The notes under the pieces were generated by a model. That model saw only the letters and a list, made by a program, of their open reading frames with translations, searched no databases and was not told where the DNA came from. Shown here piece after piece: positions 47,601 to 58,800 of a stretch of DNA of 64,000 bases (the stretch's first letter is position 1; every line of letters begins with the position of its first letter). The position numbers and the translations under genes were made by a program. Where the stretch lies: IMG/VR virus record IMGVR_UViG_3300030098_006630, positions 1 to 64,000 of that record; one strand, written 5' to 3'. The stretch is from a virus.

Positions 47601-50600
47601 TAGTTTTAAAGAGAGACTCTTTAGATAAAGACGATAACAAAGCACAACGAAAGAAACTAAAAGAACAAATCGACAATATAAATTCTTTTTTAGAAGCAAC
47701 TACGAATTCCAAAAAAGTTGTCTTGGGATTAAAAAATAGAGTACAATTTTTAAAAGACGTATTTGCAGAAGGGGTAGGTACATGGACAAGAACCTCGACA
47801 GACCCCATAACATATATTCTATCTATCCCTCTTACACAAGAAGACGAAGCCGGAACTTCCAGTTTTATAGAAATGAAGATATATCCGATGGAGGAGGTTT
47901 ATCAAATAGATCCTGATAAACCTTTAGCTTATGATGCTTCCTGGAAGAAGCCTGGTAATTTTCAAGAAAAAGATTCAGTTAGGATAGAAATAAGAGCAGT
48001 TATTACTGACACAGTAGTTGTAGAAAGTAGCAGCATCATAAACACTCGTGAATTATCTATATATGACTTCATATCCAACGACGATACCGGACATACCATT
48101 CAAGCTTCTGCTTTCTCTAACATTATTAAGGCGCAGATAAAAGATTATTTTCCTGACTATATCTGGACAGAGGGTTTAGGAGAAGAAGAAGAACTTGATG
48201 TAGGAAACGCATATAAACTTCAACAGTTGATAAATGATTTTAAAAGTTATTTATTTGATCTGCTAAACCAGCAATTATTAAAACTTGTATCTAAAGAAGC
48301 CTCCAAGTCTTCCTTTTTTAAAGAAAGCGTACTGTCACAACTTAGGATTGCTTCATTACCAGGAGATGCAGAAGCAGGACCTCCTCCTCTCTGCGGCGAA
48401 GAATATAGTGAAGAAGTGGTTCCGCCCGCAGACAGGTCGTTGTTCCCAGAGCTTTTTGATTTAGATGATATTGTAGAAAATGTTAAGACTCGAAAAACGT
48501 ATTTTGATGTTTTGGCTGCGACTGGTCACACAGGGGGCGTCCCCAATCGCTCGTCTTTAGATAATGCAATAATTTTTGAATCTTTAGAATTGCTAATGCA
48601 AGTAATTTGCTTAGAGTTTTTACTTAGTGGAATATCCATCTATGGCGAGGTTAGCTTAGAAACTTTTATAAAAGAAAAAAATAATTTTAAAATTTTGCAA
48701 GATGTTTTAGATTTTTCTCTTGAAAGCCTTGGTGGCGACTTTACTGGAGCTTTCTATAATGTTGTAGATGAATATGCTACTCTTCGACAAGAAGTGGCTT
48801 TTGAGGCATCTGTTATGCCGCCTATGCCTCTTTTTGCACCTGCAACACCGGACGGTAGCATTACTCCTTCAGTTAGAGATGAAATAGTGAAATTTTGTCT
48901 TACCGAGGCTTTGGAAGAAATCTTTCCCATCTTCCAAAGCATTGTTCAGGTTTTTTCTGCTAGTGATAAATTATCGGCTAATGAGTTGTTAGATATTGTT
49001 CCAAATATGGACACCGCCCCACAAACCATATCAAATACAGTAAGATTTGATTTTAATGACGAAAAAATAAAAGATGTGTATGATTTTGGAGGAATCGTAG
49101 TAGAGAAGTATATTAAAGCCATCTACACGCCCCCCGCAGGACTAGAAGATAAAAGCTGGTATCACCCTGCTCATTCTGCCTTGCACAAAATGCTAATAAT
49201 AGATCCTCAAACTCCTTCTTCTTATGTTCAAGATGAATCTGGTCAATGGATTGAGAAAGAAGGCTCTCCTGTGAGCGCAGCCAGAAATATAAAAATTGAG
49301 GAATGGTTAGCAAGTAGAAATCAAGAATTGAACCTTAATCAAAACCCTCCTTACATGGCAGGGGTATCGTGGGAAAGTAAAAAGAAAGCCGAACGATTAA
49401 AGTCTTGGTTAGATATATTCTCTGAACAAGGATTGGAAGGAATTGAAAAGCTTAATATTGCGGGTTATCAAGAATTTGTAATTGAGTTAAACGCTTTTGA
49501 TTATTCGTCGCTAAAAAACAACGAATTTTATCCTATCGGAGGCAAAACAGGTGTTGTAAATTTAAAATCTTTTGAGTTGCTTCAACAACAAATTAATGAT
49601 TATAATGCCCCTTTTATAGAAGAGTCACAAGACAAATTGGATCTTTTAACCAGCGCTTCGACATTTAAGAATAATTTTTTAGCTCTAAAACAAGAAAAAG
49701 AACTTCATCTTTTAACGCTAGAAACTTTAGGCGCTCAGCTGGATGAATACTTAATGGACTACTTAAACACATTTAGAGACGATGGCGCTAACAAAGGAAA
49801 AGAATATATTGTTCAACACGGAACGTTCACGTTCGACGCAGAACCTTCAATGGATGAAGACCCTAGAATTTTTTCGGATAAAGTTATATTTGAATGGATC
49901 TCGGGAGATTCGCCTTATTATCATTCTTTAACAAAAATATTAGAAGGAGGACCAGTACAAAAAAATACTGAAGAGTGGTGGGGGTTAGAATATCCTGGAT
50001 ATGAATTGGCTCAAAAATACTGGACAGCTGTTCTTGCTATGACTGGTCTACAACAAAATGCATGGCTTGTATCAGGTTATGATATGGACACGGTGACAAA
50101 TCTTTTCAAAGCTCAGATGGAAAGTTATCTTAAAGGTGATAAATACATGGCAGAGAATGACCCGTTTCTTTTTGGTCACGTAAAAAAATTACAACAATTC
50201 TTTTTTCTAAATCCTCTTTTTGGCAAGATGATTTCTACCCTTGTAGGTGGAGCTTACTATTCTGATTACACCGGTTTTGAAAACTCAACCGCCGCCGGAG
50301 ATCTTTTTGATCCAGCGGGAATTCTTGGAGGAATATCTAGTTTAATTCAAGCTGTTGATAATCAAGGAACTGAAGCCTATACTGACGACCTGGAGCAAGG
50401 AGGAATGGCAGAGACGACTTCTGTCTCAACTTCTTACTATGATGGATTGATAGAGTATTATGAGAATAGAATAGATCCTATCTGGCGCAAATGGAGCGAA
50501 ACTCTCCATTATCTCTTAAACCCTCCAGAGGCAGCTTTAGAGAAATTTAATTACTGGGACACTCAAAAGAAAATAACTGAAAAAAGAATAGAATGGTTCG

Positions 50601-52024
50601 AAAAAAACATGGAAGCCATGAAGACGATATATACACAATTTCTTTCTGCACAACAAGCAGTATTGACAACCAGTCAAGCGATGTCTTCGTTACTTGCGGA
50701 AGCTGAAGTTAATTTTGAGTCGGACATTGATGACTCTAGCCGAGCTTACGAGCTTTATACTGACCCTACACAATGGTTTGAAAATGCCGAGTTTATTAGA
50801 CAATACCTTCTAGATAAAGCGGAAAAAGAAAAAAATAACAATGTCATTATGGGTGATTATAAGAAATATTTTGGTTCTTTAAAATATGGAATTAGGATTT
50901 CTTATGTTTTTCCGAACTTTGAAGATATTAGTGTTCCCTTCGGTCTCCAGCATAAATTACAGGCAATACTTCCCAGCCTCTCAGAAGATAAAGCTAGGTT
51001 GGCGGAAATTAAAGAGAATCTTAATGAACTGTTTAACGAACCTACGCATAGCAGAAATATCTTTCATAAAGCTTTTAAATTGGAAGAAAAGCTCTTAAGT
51101 AATACTGGAGTTCAAACAACTAAGATTAATTTATTGCCTCTGGTTACTTACGAAGAGGACATAGATAATTTCCTTTTTTCCGATGAGGAACAAACGGGAC
51201 CTACTGTACTAGAAGGTCTCTCTGTTCCTATCGAAAATATGGACATTTCAAATGAAAAATCCTTTCCTTTTAAAGAATTAAAACAATCTTTGATGGAGAC
51301 ACCTGGATATAGAGGGATTTTTGGAGAGTGCATGTATTATGGAGAATTAATTAACTGTCTAGGACTCTTCAGCAGTTTGGTTATTTTAAAAGACTTCTAC
51401 AACACATCGCAATCAGGGATATTTTCAGGTACAAAAATTAACTTAAAAAACATCATGGAAGGGGTTATGGAACAAAGAGATTTTAGAGCCAAATCCGCAG
51501 ATTTAACTCCATTGGAAAAAATGAAAAACAACTTCCTTTCCCTGTCGAATGTGGCGGAGAATCCACGCGGAGAAGGGAAAGACCCTCCCAATAAATCAGG
51601 ATATGCTGCTGTTTTTGCTGCCAAGACCGCGTTAAAAATTCTAAAAGGAGTTGTAGAGACAACTGACCCAGCTATTATTCAAGGTAAAAAGCTTCAATCA
51701 GCTCTAGTGGGAGCGATAAATGCTTCTAAAGATATATCTCAGACTTTAGCACAGATCACTGGTAACGAGATCCCCTCCAGCGATTCAGATAGCTTTTCGC
51801 AAGCCGAAAAAACACTTGTTAATGATGCCATGCTTGGACCCGTCGTCTTTATTGGAGTAAGACCTTTCCCGCCCATTCCTTTCCCGGTAGGGAATCCTAT
51901 ATTCCCCCTTACAGCCGCTGGAGCCACATATTTAGCTTTAACGACTGCCATGTCTTTAGGCGACTTGACAGGAGAAAAGAAATCTAAAGCTGAAAAAGAT
52001 GAACCTTATTGCGTAGAAGGATAG
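44678..52024 (+). CDS. Very large (2448 aa) probable virion/baseplate protein
   Basis: Uninterrupted 7.3 kb ORF between the spike-like gene and gp25. Confidence 0.75.
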   Translation: MAEILDFLDKRVTKIEGEYGNMLEVSEYTPEETADKYYIYDIGFEEDTGPVVNASDNLNYWFSQDSTDAKAPYHLKNYTLVAWDGVRYFLNNSENRWVGKITVVDKSKEYARQPEEPDYLKDFSGGWSTVEDIPDFDKQDSFWKNTWYEPTVVPDAKILRTIGKPTRGVEYWIDLSKMLTVGPSDFQESNSLVVKDVILDNAEDLESLDRSTPWRDSPDNTIYQDTLNYYVHVNSYKKTIPLESQDADRKKFFRQFVINAVEVLADKQHRNISQANAESIANYLVKLPRKDVFTTSIKPRPNSFWKALVKIPRAYIDPYEIVPKVQSTHVGVFRSWHDLEESYKKVIKYFNKLIPLVEQNTVRLDMKQEIKFLEKVWTNLASIKQAPVLQEGTIRYYGAKQPSNIQITDDTIVKFAFNRRNNFSLENIEIVNQMEGSGVVSITERILRAMIDLNKSGIKNNDVFKRARTMIYLMNLDLMARDIDDKAFGGENKWIDFLFKYTYKMPDFLPSNTDFDKINFQNNEVTSFLNKIDRALDGPKTLFSNNKIMREISPDVRGLLADVKKSVYSKIEDPTLQKIFQTIDGVNSLESLYSDVLNKAPIDKLIEMGRQVADPIAKQQMFMKKSSLLKSQARLSEGRLENLRGKKSLRKVQVTTPQEKAITDLTGQQPDMIMKAIEELFVEGLCNNIKHIIKTIRRMAFSPTTTQDTKDFGKLNIQDTVKESQDEIIKNILNSIPEGKDLDLFDVKKILTIISENCIPREIVALVEGEASLPVLEILGYLIGYEFPILGARLDSVYDIEEFLALILKPLREQIIQATAKIELDRKDEEEKATYCAPDYEEVTNHLVDRFPEDIARAAMDGEKSSKIDFLNLLNDIDSALNKDINEFIFGNKLDSILNQIMTEDQGSSFLTSMVIESFFSPFIRNFSIEGLNISTFFLEPQLVDKNPSDTTSRTVSPPEITSRIGELTAERDSLVLKRDSLDKDDNKAQRKKLKEQIDNINSFLEATTNSKKVVLGLKNRVQFLKDVFAEGVGTWTRTSTDPITYILSIPLTQEDEAGTSSFIEMKIYPMEEVYQIDPDKPLAYDASWKKPGNFQEKDSVRIEIRAVITDTVVVESSSIINTRELSIYDFISNDDTGHTIQASAFSNIIKAQIKDYFPDYIWTEGLGEEEELDVGNAYKLQQLINDFKSYLFDLLNQQLLKLVSKEASKSSFFKESVLSQLRIASLPGDAEAGPPPLCGEEYSEEVVPPADRSLFPELFDLDDIVENVKTRKTYFDVLAATGHTGGVPNRSSLDNAIIFESLELLMQVICLEFLLSGISIYGEVSLETFIKEKNNFKILQDVLDFSLESLGGDFTGAFYNVVDEYATLRQEVAFEASVMPPMPLFAPATPDGSITPSVRDEIVKFCLTEALEEIFPIFQSIVQVFSASDKLSANELLDIVPNMDTAPQTISNTVRFDFNDEKIKDVYDFGGIVVEKYIKAIYTPPAGLEDKSWYHPAHSALHKMLIIDPQTPSSYVQDESGQWIEKEGSPVSAARNIKIEEWLASRNQELNLNQNPPYMAGVSWESKKKAERLKSWLDIFSEQGLEGIEKLNIAGYQEFVIELNAFDYSSLKNNEFYPIGGKTGVVNLKSFELLQQQINDYNAPFIEESQDKLDLLTSASTFKNNFLALKQEKELHLLTLETLGAQLDEYLMDYLNTFRDDGANKGKEYIVQHGTFTFDAEPSMDEDPRIFSDKVIFEWISGDSPYYHSLTKILEGGPVQKNTEEWWGLEYPGYELAQKYWTAVLAMTGLQQNAWLVSGYDMDTVTNLFKAQMESYLKGDKYMAENDPFLFGHVKKLQQFFFLNPLFGKMISTLVGGAYYSDYTGFENSTAAGDLFDPAGILGGISSLIQAVDNQGTEAYTDDLEQGGMAETTSVSTSYYDGLIEYYENRIDPIWRKWSETLHYLLNPPEAALEKFNYWDTQKKITEKRIEWFEKNMEAMKTIYTQFLSAQQAVLTTSQAMSSLLAEAEVNFESDIDDSSRAYELYTDPTQWFENAEFIRQYLLDKAEKEKNNNVIMGDYKKYFGSLKYGIRISYVFPNFEDISVPFGLQHKLQAILPSLSEDKARLAEIKENLNELFNEPTHSRNIFHKAFKLEEKLLSNTGVQTTKINLLPLVTYEEDIDNFLFSDEEQTGPTVLEGLSVPIENMDISNEKSFPFKELKQSLMETPGYRGIFGECMYYGELINCLGLFSSLVILKDFYNTSQSGIFSGTKINLKNIMEGVMEQRDFRAKSADLTPLEKMKNNFLSLSNVAENPRGEGKDPPNKSGYAAVFAAKTALKILKGVVETTDPAIIQGKKLQSALVGAINASKDISQTLAQITGNEIPSSDSDSFSQAEKTLVNDAMLGPVVFIGVRPFPPIPFPVGNPIFPLTAAGATYLALTTAMSLGDLTGEKKSKAEKDEPYCVEG

Positions 52025-52060
52025 GTTTTGGAAGTAATAAGGGTAATATTTTTTATAAAT

Positions 52061-52067
52061 CTAATTA
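52061..52067 (+). promoter_or_regulatory. Candidate late promoter motif CTAATTA
   Basis: Intergenic, before the GAGG SD of the gp25-like gene. Confidence 0.5.
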
Positions 52068-52085
52068 GTTAATAGAGGAATCATC

Positions 52086-52466
52086 ATGGGCAACAAAGGC
52101 TATTCTCCATCATTACCATTAAGGGCTTTCCCGGTTCATTACAAGATGATCGATAATATTGGAGCGAATATCCGACAAAATTTAAAAAACCTTATTTTAA
52201 CTATACCTGGAGAAAGAGTAATGATGCCTGAATTTGGTGTAGGTTTAAAACAATTTATTTTTGAAAACAACAAACAAGACATTGCTGCCGAAATCGACGG
52301 AGCTATTAGAGATGCTGTAGAGGAATATATGCCTTTTGTAGAAATTATATATATTGATTTCCCAACAGCTAACAACGGCGAACTTATAGATGAAGAAAAT
52401 CTTTTTATTGTGATATCCTATGCCGTACCTCCTCTGAATTTACAAGATAATCTAATTATTACATAA
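52086..52466 (+). CDS. Baseplate wedge protein, T4 gp25-like
   Basis: IRQNLKNLILTIPGERVMMPEFGVGLKQFIFE. Confidence 0.92.
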   Translation: MGNKGYSPSLPLRAFPVHYKMIDNIGANIRQNLKNLILTIPGERVMMPEFGVGLKQFIFENNKQDIAAEIDGAIRDAVEEYMPFVEIIYIDFPTANNGELIDEENLFIVISYAVPPLNLQDNLIIT

Positions 52467-52479
52467 CGGAAAGACAAAG

Positions 52480-54282
52480 ATGGTAAAAAAATTCACTCCC
52501 CCTATTGACTATACAGCTAGAGATTTTGATTCTATTAAATCTTCATTAATAGAATACGCTAAGAGATACTACCCCAATACTGCTACAGATTTTAATGATG
52601 CTTCTTTTGGTGCGTTAATGATTGATATGGTGTCGTATGTAGGAGATGTCCTTTCTTTTTACTTAGATTACCAAGCATCCGAGTCTTTTTTGGATTCTGC
52701 AATTGAACTAAAAAATGTAATACGCTTAGCCAAACAGCTAGGATATAAATATGATGGAGAGGTCACTGCATATGGTATAGTATCTTTATATCTCCAAGTA
52801 CCAGCGAATGTTTCTGGTCTTGGTCCCGACACTCGCTATCTCCCAGTCCTCCGCGAAGGAACTCGCTTATCCTCTACATCCCGAGTGCCTTTTATTTTAA
52901 CTCAAGACGTTGATTTTAATTCCGGCGATGCACAGGTTCTTGTTGCACAAGTCGATGAAGAAACCGGAAATCCTTTATCTTACGGAGTAAAGATGTATGG
53001 CGAAGCAATATCTGGCGACATAGGAACCTACACCTTTCCTCTGGGAGAGGACGTTTCATTTCCCAAGGTATTTTTAGATACTCCTGCGGTAGCTGAAATA
53101 TTGTCTGTATTTGACGCCGAAGGACATGAATACTATGAAGTCGAGTATCTATCGCAAGATATAATTTATAAAAGCTTGCCTAATCGAGGAAACGACAAAG
53201 ACATTGTTTCATCTATTTTAAAAACAGTGTCGGTTCCGAGGCGTTTTGTTTTAGATAAAACACCTGAAGGCTCTTTCTTACAATTTGGCGGCGGCTCCAC
53301 ATCAGACGCCATTATTGAAAACGATGAAACCCTTAATCCTAGCAACGTTGCTTTAAAGATGCATGGAAAAAAATATATTAGTGCTACCTCTTTTGATCCT
53401 TCAAAGTTAACTAAAAACAATAGCCTTGGGGTCGCTCCATCAAATACAACTATAACCGTCACTTATCGCTCTAATTTATCTGGATTGGTTAATCTTGGAG
53501 TTGGAGAGCTTTCGAGCGTAGATGTGACTTTGATGTCCTTTGAAGAAGAGAACTCACTTACCCCTGGCATCATGACAACAGTCAGGAACAGCCTAGAAGT
53601 CACTAACGAAGAGCCTATTGTAGGAGATATACAGTTTCCTACTGTTGATGAAATAAGAATACGTGCTCAAAATGCCTACTCTACTCAAAACCGAGCAGTA
53701 ACTGTCGATGATTACAAAAGTCTTGTATATAATATGCCGGCTAAATTCGGAAAAATAAGAAAGTGTAAAATAATGCAAGATAAAGATTCTTTTAAACCAA
53801 ACATGAATTTATATACGATTGGAGCAGGTCTCGATAATACTTTACAGCCTCTTAACAATAAAATTAAAGTAAACTTAAAAAATTGGCTTTCTAACTATAA
53901 AATGATAAATGATACTTTGGATATTTTGGATGCAAATATTGTAAATCTAGGCATAAAGTACAAGGTAATAGGAGAAACTAACATTAATAAGTTTGATTTA
54001 ATGCAAGATATTTCTGTCGCGCTAGAAAATCACTTTAGCAAAATTCCTGAAATTGGAGAGCCTTTTTACATTACAGACGTGTATAATGTTATAAATGTTT
54101 TAGATAATGTAGTAGACACGGTTGATGTAGATATTTTTATTCAAAACGGTGCGCTTTATTCCGATTACAGCATTAATCTCACTGAAGCTCTGTCTCCTGA
54201 CGGACGCTTTATTAAAATACCCCAAGATGCTATATATGAAATAAAATTTATAGAAGATGATATTCAAGGTAAGATTGTATAA
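52480..54282 (+). CDS. Baseplate wedge protein, T4 gp6-like
   Basis: DYTARDFDSIK, ESFLDSA, QNRAVTVDDY. Confidence 0.9.
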   Translation: MVKKFTPPIDYTARDFDSIKSSLIEYAKRYYPNTATDFNDASFGALMIDMVSYVGDVLSFYLDYQASESFLDSAIELKNVIRLAKQLGYKYDGEVTAYGIVSLYLQVPANVSGLGPDTRYLPVLREGTRLSSTSRVPFILTQDVDFNSGDAQVLVAQVDEETGNPLSYGVKMYGEAISGDIGTYTFPLGEDVSFPKVFLDTPAVAEILSVFDAEGHEYYEVEYLSQDIIYKSLPNRGNDKDIVSSILKTVSVPRRFVLDKTPEGSFLQFGGGSTSDAIIENDETLNPSNVALKMHGKKYISATSFDPSKLTKNNSLGVAPSNTTITVTYRSNLSGLVNLGVGELSSVDVTLMSFEEENSLTPGIMTTVRNSLEVTNEEPIVGDIQFPTVDEIRIRAQNAYSTQNRAVTVDDYKSLVYNMPAKFGKIRKCKIMQDKDSFKPNMNLYTIGAGLDNTLQPLNNKIKVNLKNWLSNYKMINDTLDILDANIVNLGIKYKVIGETNINKFDLMQDISVALENHFSKIPEIGEPFYITDVYNVINVLDNVVDTVDVDIFIQNGALYSDYSINLTEALSPDGRFIKIPQDAIYEIKFIEDDIQGKIV

Positions 54283-55814
54283 TGGCTATTAAAAGATATT
54301 CCGCAATTAAAGATACGACAATTTCTAACGCTTATAAATCAAACTTAAGCGGAACGGCTACGGGCTCTAATATGGGCTCCGCCGACGCATTGGAAGTTTT
54401 TTCCATATATGGACAGATATCCAATAGCTCTGGTTTTTCAAAAGAGTTGTCTCGTATTTTGGTACAATTTCCAATCACGGGGACCACTAGTATTAAATCT
54501 GATCGAACCTCTGGAGACATTCCAGCCTCCGGTAACGTATCTTTTTATTTAAATCTTTATAATGCAGTAACGCCCAATACTGTGCCGAAAAAGTTTAAAT
54601 TAAATTTATATGCAGTCGATGCCGGCTGGGATGAAGGTTTCGGACTAGACATGGAAGAATATAAAAATATCGGAGTTGCCAATTGGGACCAAAGAGCTAC
54701 GAATGCGGACTGGTCTTATACGGGAGGTTCTTATATTAACACTGCTTCTATGACCGATGGCGGAGCGTATGCGTTTTTCGAAGACGGCACTGAAGACTTA
54801 TCAGTAGATGTCACCCCTTATGTAGAATCCTGGATTAAAGGCGGCGCAGCCGGCGGGTTTGATAACTTTGGATTTTTGGTTGCCTTTACTCCTACTGAAG
54901 AAAGTGCTTCTAGGTCCTATTATGATAAAAAATTCTTTGCTAGAAGTAGTGAGTATTTCTTTAAACGACCCAACATTGAAGCAAGATGGAATAGTTCTAA
55001 TACCGATGATAGAGGAAAATTTTACCTTTCTAGCGCCTTAGCTCCAGCCTCAGACAACATCAACACTCTATATCTTTATAACTATGTTAGGGGGCAACTC
55101 CAAGACATCCCAGGGCTAGGTAGCGATAAATACATTTATGTCAGCTTGTTTTCCGGCTCTCTATTAAATACCGTCCCTACAGGAGCAGCTCTTGAATTGT
55201 CTGCTGACGACGCAGGGCGCGTCCGAGCAGACTATAACACTGTAGTAACTGGTGGGATAGCTTCAACAGGCATATATACCGCCTCTTTTGCATTCACTGG
55301 CTCTTCCGGTTTAACTGATGTGTTTGATGTATGGTTTACGGGTAGTATGACAACTACTAACGCGGAGGATGCTATCATACAATTCCATACAGGAAATGTA
55401 TCAGTTAAGCATCTTGACGCTTCTAATATCAACCCTACTACTCGTTATGTAACTAAAATTACCAATCTAAAACCATCATATACCCAAGACGAAGAGCCTA
55501 AACTAAGGGTATATACGAGAAAAAAAGACTGGTCTCCTAACATATACACTGTTGCCAATTCTCATATTCAAACTGATAATATTGAAAAATCTTATTATCG
55601 AGTGGTGAGAACTGTAGACAATTTGGAAGTTATTGCCTATGGAACAGGAAGCGATCAACAAACAAAATTATCATACGATGTGAGTGGTAATTATTTTAAT
55701 CTAGACATGAGTCTTTTGGAAAGTGGATACATGTATGATTTAAAGTTTGCTTATTATTTAAATGGAACCTACAAGGAACAACCAGAGAGCTTTAAGTTTA
55801 GAGTGGAGGATTAA
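54282..55814 (+). CDS. Virion structural protein (beta-rich)
   Basis: KDTTI, SRILVQF, WDEG.G, TKLSYDVSGNYF; translationally coupled to gp6. Confidence 0.75.
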   Translation: MAIKRYSAIKDTTISNAYKSNLSGTATGSNMGSADALEVFSIYGQISNSSGFSKELSRILVQFPITGTTSIKSDRTSGDIPASGNVSFYLNLYNAVTPNTVPKKFKLNLYAVDAGWDEGFGLDMEEYKNIGVANWDQRATNADWSYTGGSYINTASMTDGGAYAFFEDGTEDLSVDVTPYVESWIKGGAAGGFDNFGFLVAFTPTEESASRSYYDKKFFARSSEYFFKRPNIEARWNSSNTDDRGKFYLSSALAPASDNINTLYLYNYVRGQLQDIPGLGSDKYIYVSLFSGSLLNTVPTGAALELSADDAGRVRADYNTVVTGGIASTGIYTASFAFTGSSGLTDVFDVWFTGSMTTTNAEDAIIQFHTGNVSVKHLDASNINPTTRYVTKITNLKPSYTQDEEPKLRVYTRKKDWSPNIYTVANSHIQTDNIEKSYYRVVRTVDNLEVIAYGTGSDQQTKLSYDVSGNYFNLDMSLLESGYMYDLKFAYYLNGTYKEQPESFKFRVED

Positions 55815-55816
55815 AA

Positions 55817-58800
55817 GTGTCTCTAAAAGACTTATTTAAAGACATTGAAAGAATCGGGACAACCACCACAGCATCAGCTCCAGATGTTCCTGTTATTAAA
55901 GAACAGGTAGAGTCTGTCAGCTTTAGTCGCGAAGTTCAAGAAAGACAAAAATCATTTGTTCCTCATGTGGATTTCACACAGGCTAAGAACTTTGCTAAAT
56001 ATGGGTCGGCGGAAGAATATTATGCTAAAGGTATTGAATATATTTATTCCTATTATCCTTACGACGGCTCTCTCAAAGAAAAAGAAGAGTGGTATAATAA
56101 TGTTACTTATTTAGAACAATATGTGTTTGATCATGAATATCCCCGCACTAATGGATACGTGATTTTGTCAGCCGATGGATGGGGGACCACCACTGTAACT
56201 GACGGGTATGGTTTGCCATCATCACTAGAATACATACAAGTGAAGAGTGGACCTCATGAAAAAAACATATGGGATGAAAGTAAACACAGAGAAGAAAATT
56301 TAAAATTTGCTCTGACGGGTGGTCTTACGGTAGAATTTTGGCTAAACAAGACTGAATTTGTTACCAGTAAAACTCAAAAAGAAGTTATTTTTGACCTGTG
56401 GAATGGTAAACATTTTAATGATACTGAATATGGTCGATTTAGAATCGAACTCTCAGGAACGTCACCAGGAGCAGCATTCCGGCTCACTGCTCTGTCAGGC
56501 ACCAGTGGATTTCATGATGCACCGGTTGGTGAGACTGTAACCCCTTCTATTGTTTCTAATAGTGACTGGTCTCACTATGCTTTTTCATTGTATAACACTG
56601 GTTCCTCGGTACTGGTTGAAATGTATAGAGACGGCGTGTTCATAGAATCCATGACCACGGGAAGCGCGATTGGGCATGTTACGGGAACTATGATTGCGAA
56701 CATAGGGGCGCTTCGTACTCCTCCTCGAAATACCTCTGCCGCAACCGGTTCAGGAAAGCTTTCCGGCTCTTTAGATGAGTTTAGGTTCTGGAAATCACGT
56801 CGTACCGCTAGAGATATTGGGAGATATTATATCTCTCAAGTGGGAGGAGGGACAAATACTGATGACGCTAATACTGAACTAGGGCTTTATTATAAATTCA
56901 ATGAAGGGATTACCGGCGATAGCACGTATGATAGGGTCGTTTTAGATTATTCAGGTCGCCTTAGTAATGGAACTTGGACTGGATATAACTCTAATTCTCG
57001 TAATACCGGCTCTGCAATGGTTTTATCAGGAGAGACTACCTTCGAGTTTAAAGACCCTATTATTTACCCAACTCACCCAGCGGTAGTTGCTCTTTTAAAT
57101 TCTAAAAAAGAACTTGGAGAAGAGTACGATATTAATAATCCTGCTAACATGTATAATAGCTTTCCTTCTTGGATTATAGATGAAGATAGCGATGCGGGGA
57201 GTGAGCTAAAAAGCCTTACTCAGATAATGTCTAGCTACTTAGATGAGTTATATCTTCAGATAGAAAACGTCCCTGCGCTCAAGGACAAAGAATATCCTTC
57301 TGGTAGTTTATTAACTGGAAGTCACAAGCCTTATCCATTCTCTAAACAACTCCTCACGAGCCATGGCTTTAACACGCCAGAATTGTTTGTAGATACCAGT
57401 GTTATAGAACAATTCTTATCACGCAATGAAAAAATTAAATACGAAGAGAAAATTTATAACACAAAAAACCTTATTTATCATAACATTTATAACAATCTAA
57501 TAAATATTTTCAAATCCAAAGGAACAGAAAAATCTATTCGCAATTTAATTCGCTCCTATGGCGCTGATGAAGATATCATAGCAATCAATGTTTATGGACA
57601 TAACGAACCATTTGAATTAAGAAAAAATGTCGAACAACGCACTTTTAAAAATAAAGTTATTGATTTTAATCAAAGCGATAGAAATGTAGCTACCATCTTC
57701 CAATATCAAACTGGCTCTGGTACAACTTCTTACATCTCCGGTTCTCGATTAAACGATCTTACGGTCCCTAATACTGTTGAATGCGAAGTGTTCTTTCCTC
57801 ATAAAGCACAAGAGGGTAATCGTAGTTACTATTATTATCCTGATATCTCCTCTTCATTGTTTGGGCAACATACGGTTAACCTTGGAGCAGCGGACATTAA
57901 TGTCTTGCAATGGGCAGACAATGATGATGCATCTTTCCAGGTATACGCAGTCCGTGACGTTATTGATTCAACTAGGGCTAAGTTTGTTATCACAGGAGCT
58001 GCTTTTTCTCCGCTCACCACAAGTTACTACTCTAATGTTTATGAAAATTCCAAATGGAACTTCGCTGTTAGATTAAAGCCGTCTCGTGAATTTGGCGATT
58101 TAGTATATTACGGCTCTAATACTGATTATGATTTAGAATTTTATGGAGTTCATGAAACAATGGGTTCTATTGAACATGAATTTATTCTTACGAGCAGCCT
58201 TTCCGCTACCCGAGGAGAGGCTTGGTCAAACGCCCCAAAACGTATTTACGCAGGCGCTCACCGGACAAACTTTACCGGTAGCTTGTTAGAATATACTGAT
58301 GTAAAGATAGCTAATGTGAGATTCTGGCTTTCGTATTTGACCAATGAAGTTATTCAAGACCATGCGAAAAGTTATGCAACTTATGGACCATCCCAGCCTT
58401 TAAATGATGAAGGATTCACGCATGTAAACTTAGATAATACTGAGATTCCTTCTTTAGAAACTTTAGCATTAAATTGGAATTTCGGCAATGTTTCTTCATC
58501 GGCTGACTCTTCTGGGCGTCTTCTTGTGGATGACTTTTCATCAGGATCATCCGAATTGACTAGTCGATATTCCTGGGTTGGCGACATCACTAAACAGCTA
58601 TATTCAGGAAGGGCAGATTTCTTTTTACCGAACGAGCCGAAAGCTGCCGATATCGAATATGTGTTTTCTACGAGAAATCGACTACCCGAAACCTTTATTA
58701 GCTCTGACATGATTTCTATTGGAGAAGACGCAGATAAAATTTTCACTTTAGATAGCCGACCTGTCCATTATTATTTTTCTATTGAAAATAGCTTGTATAG

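Noticed and set aside
44678-52024. Intein, intron or tape-measure identity for the 2448-aa ORF
   Set aside because: No splicing motifs, homing-endonuclease motifs or tape-measure periodicity recognised by eye.
52086-54282. T6SS or extracellular contractile injection system
   Set aside because: gp25/gp6 occur with a gp55-like sigma factor, tRNA/tmRNA and head-type proteins, and no Tss or Afp accessory genes are present.
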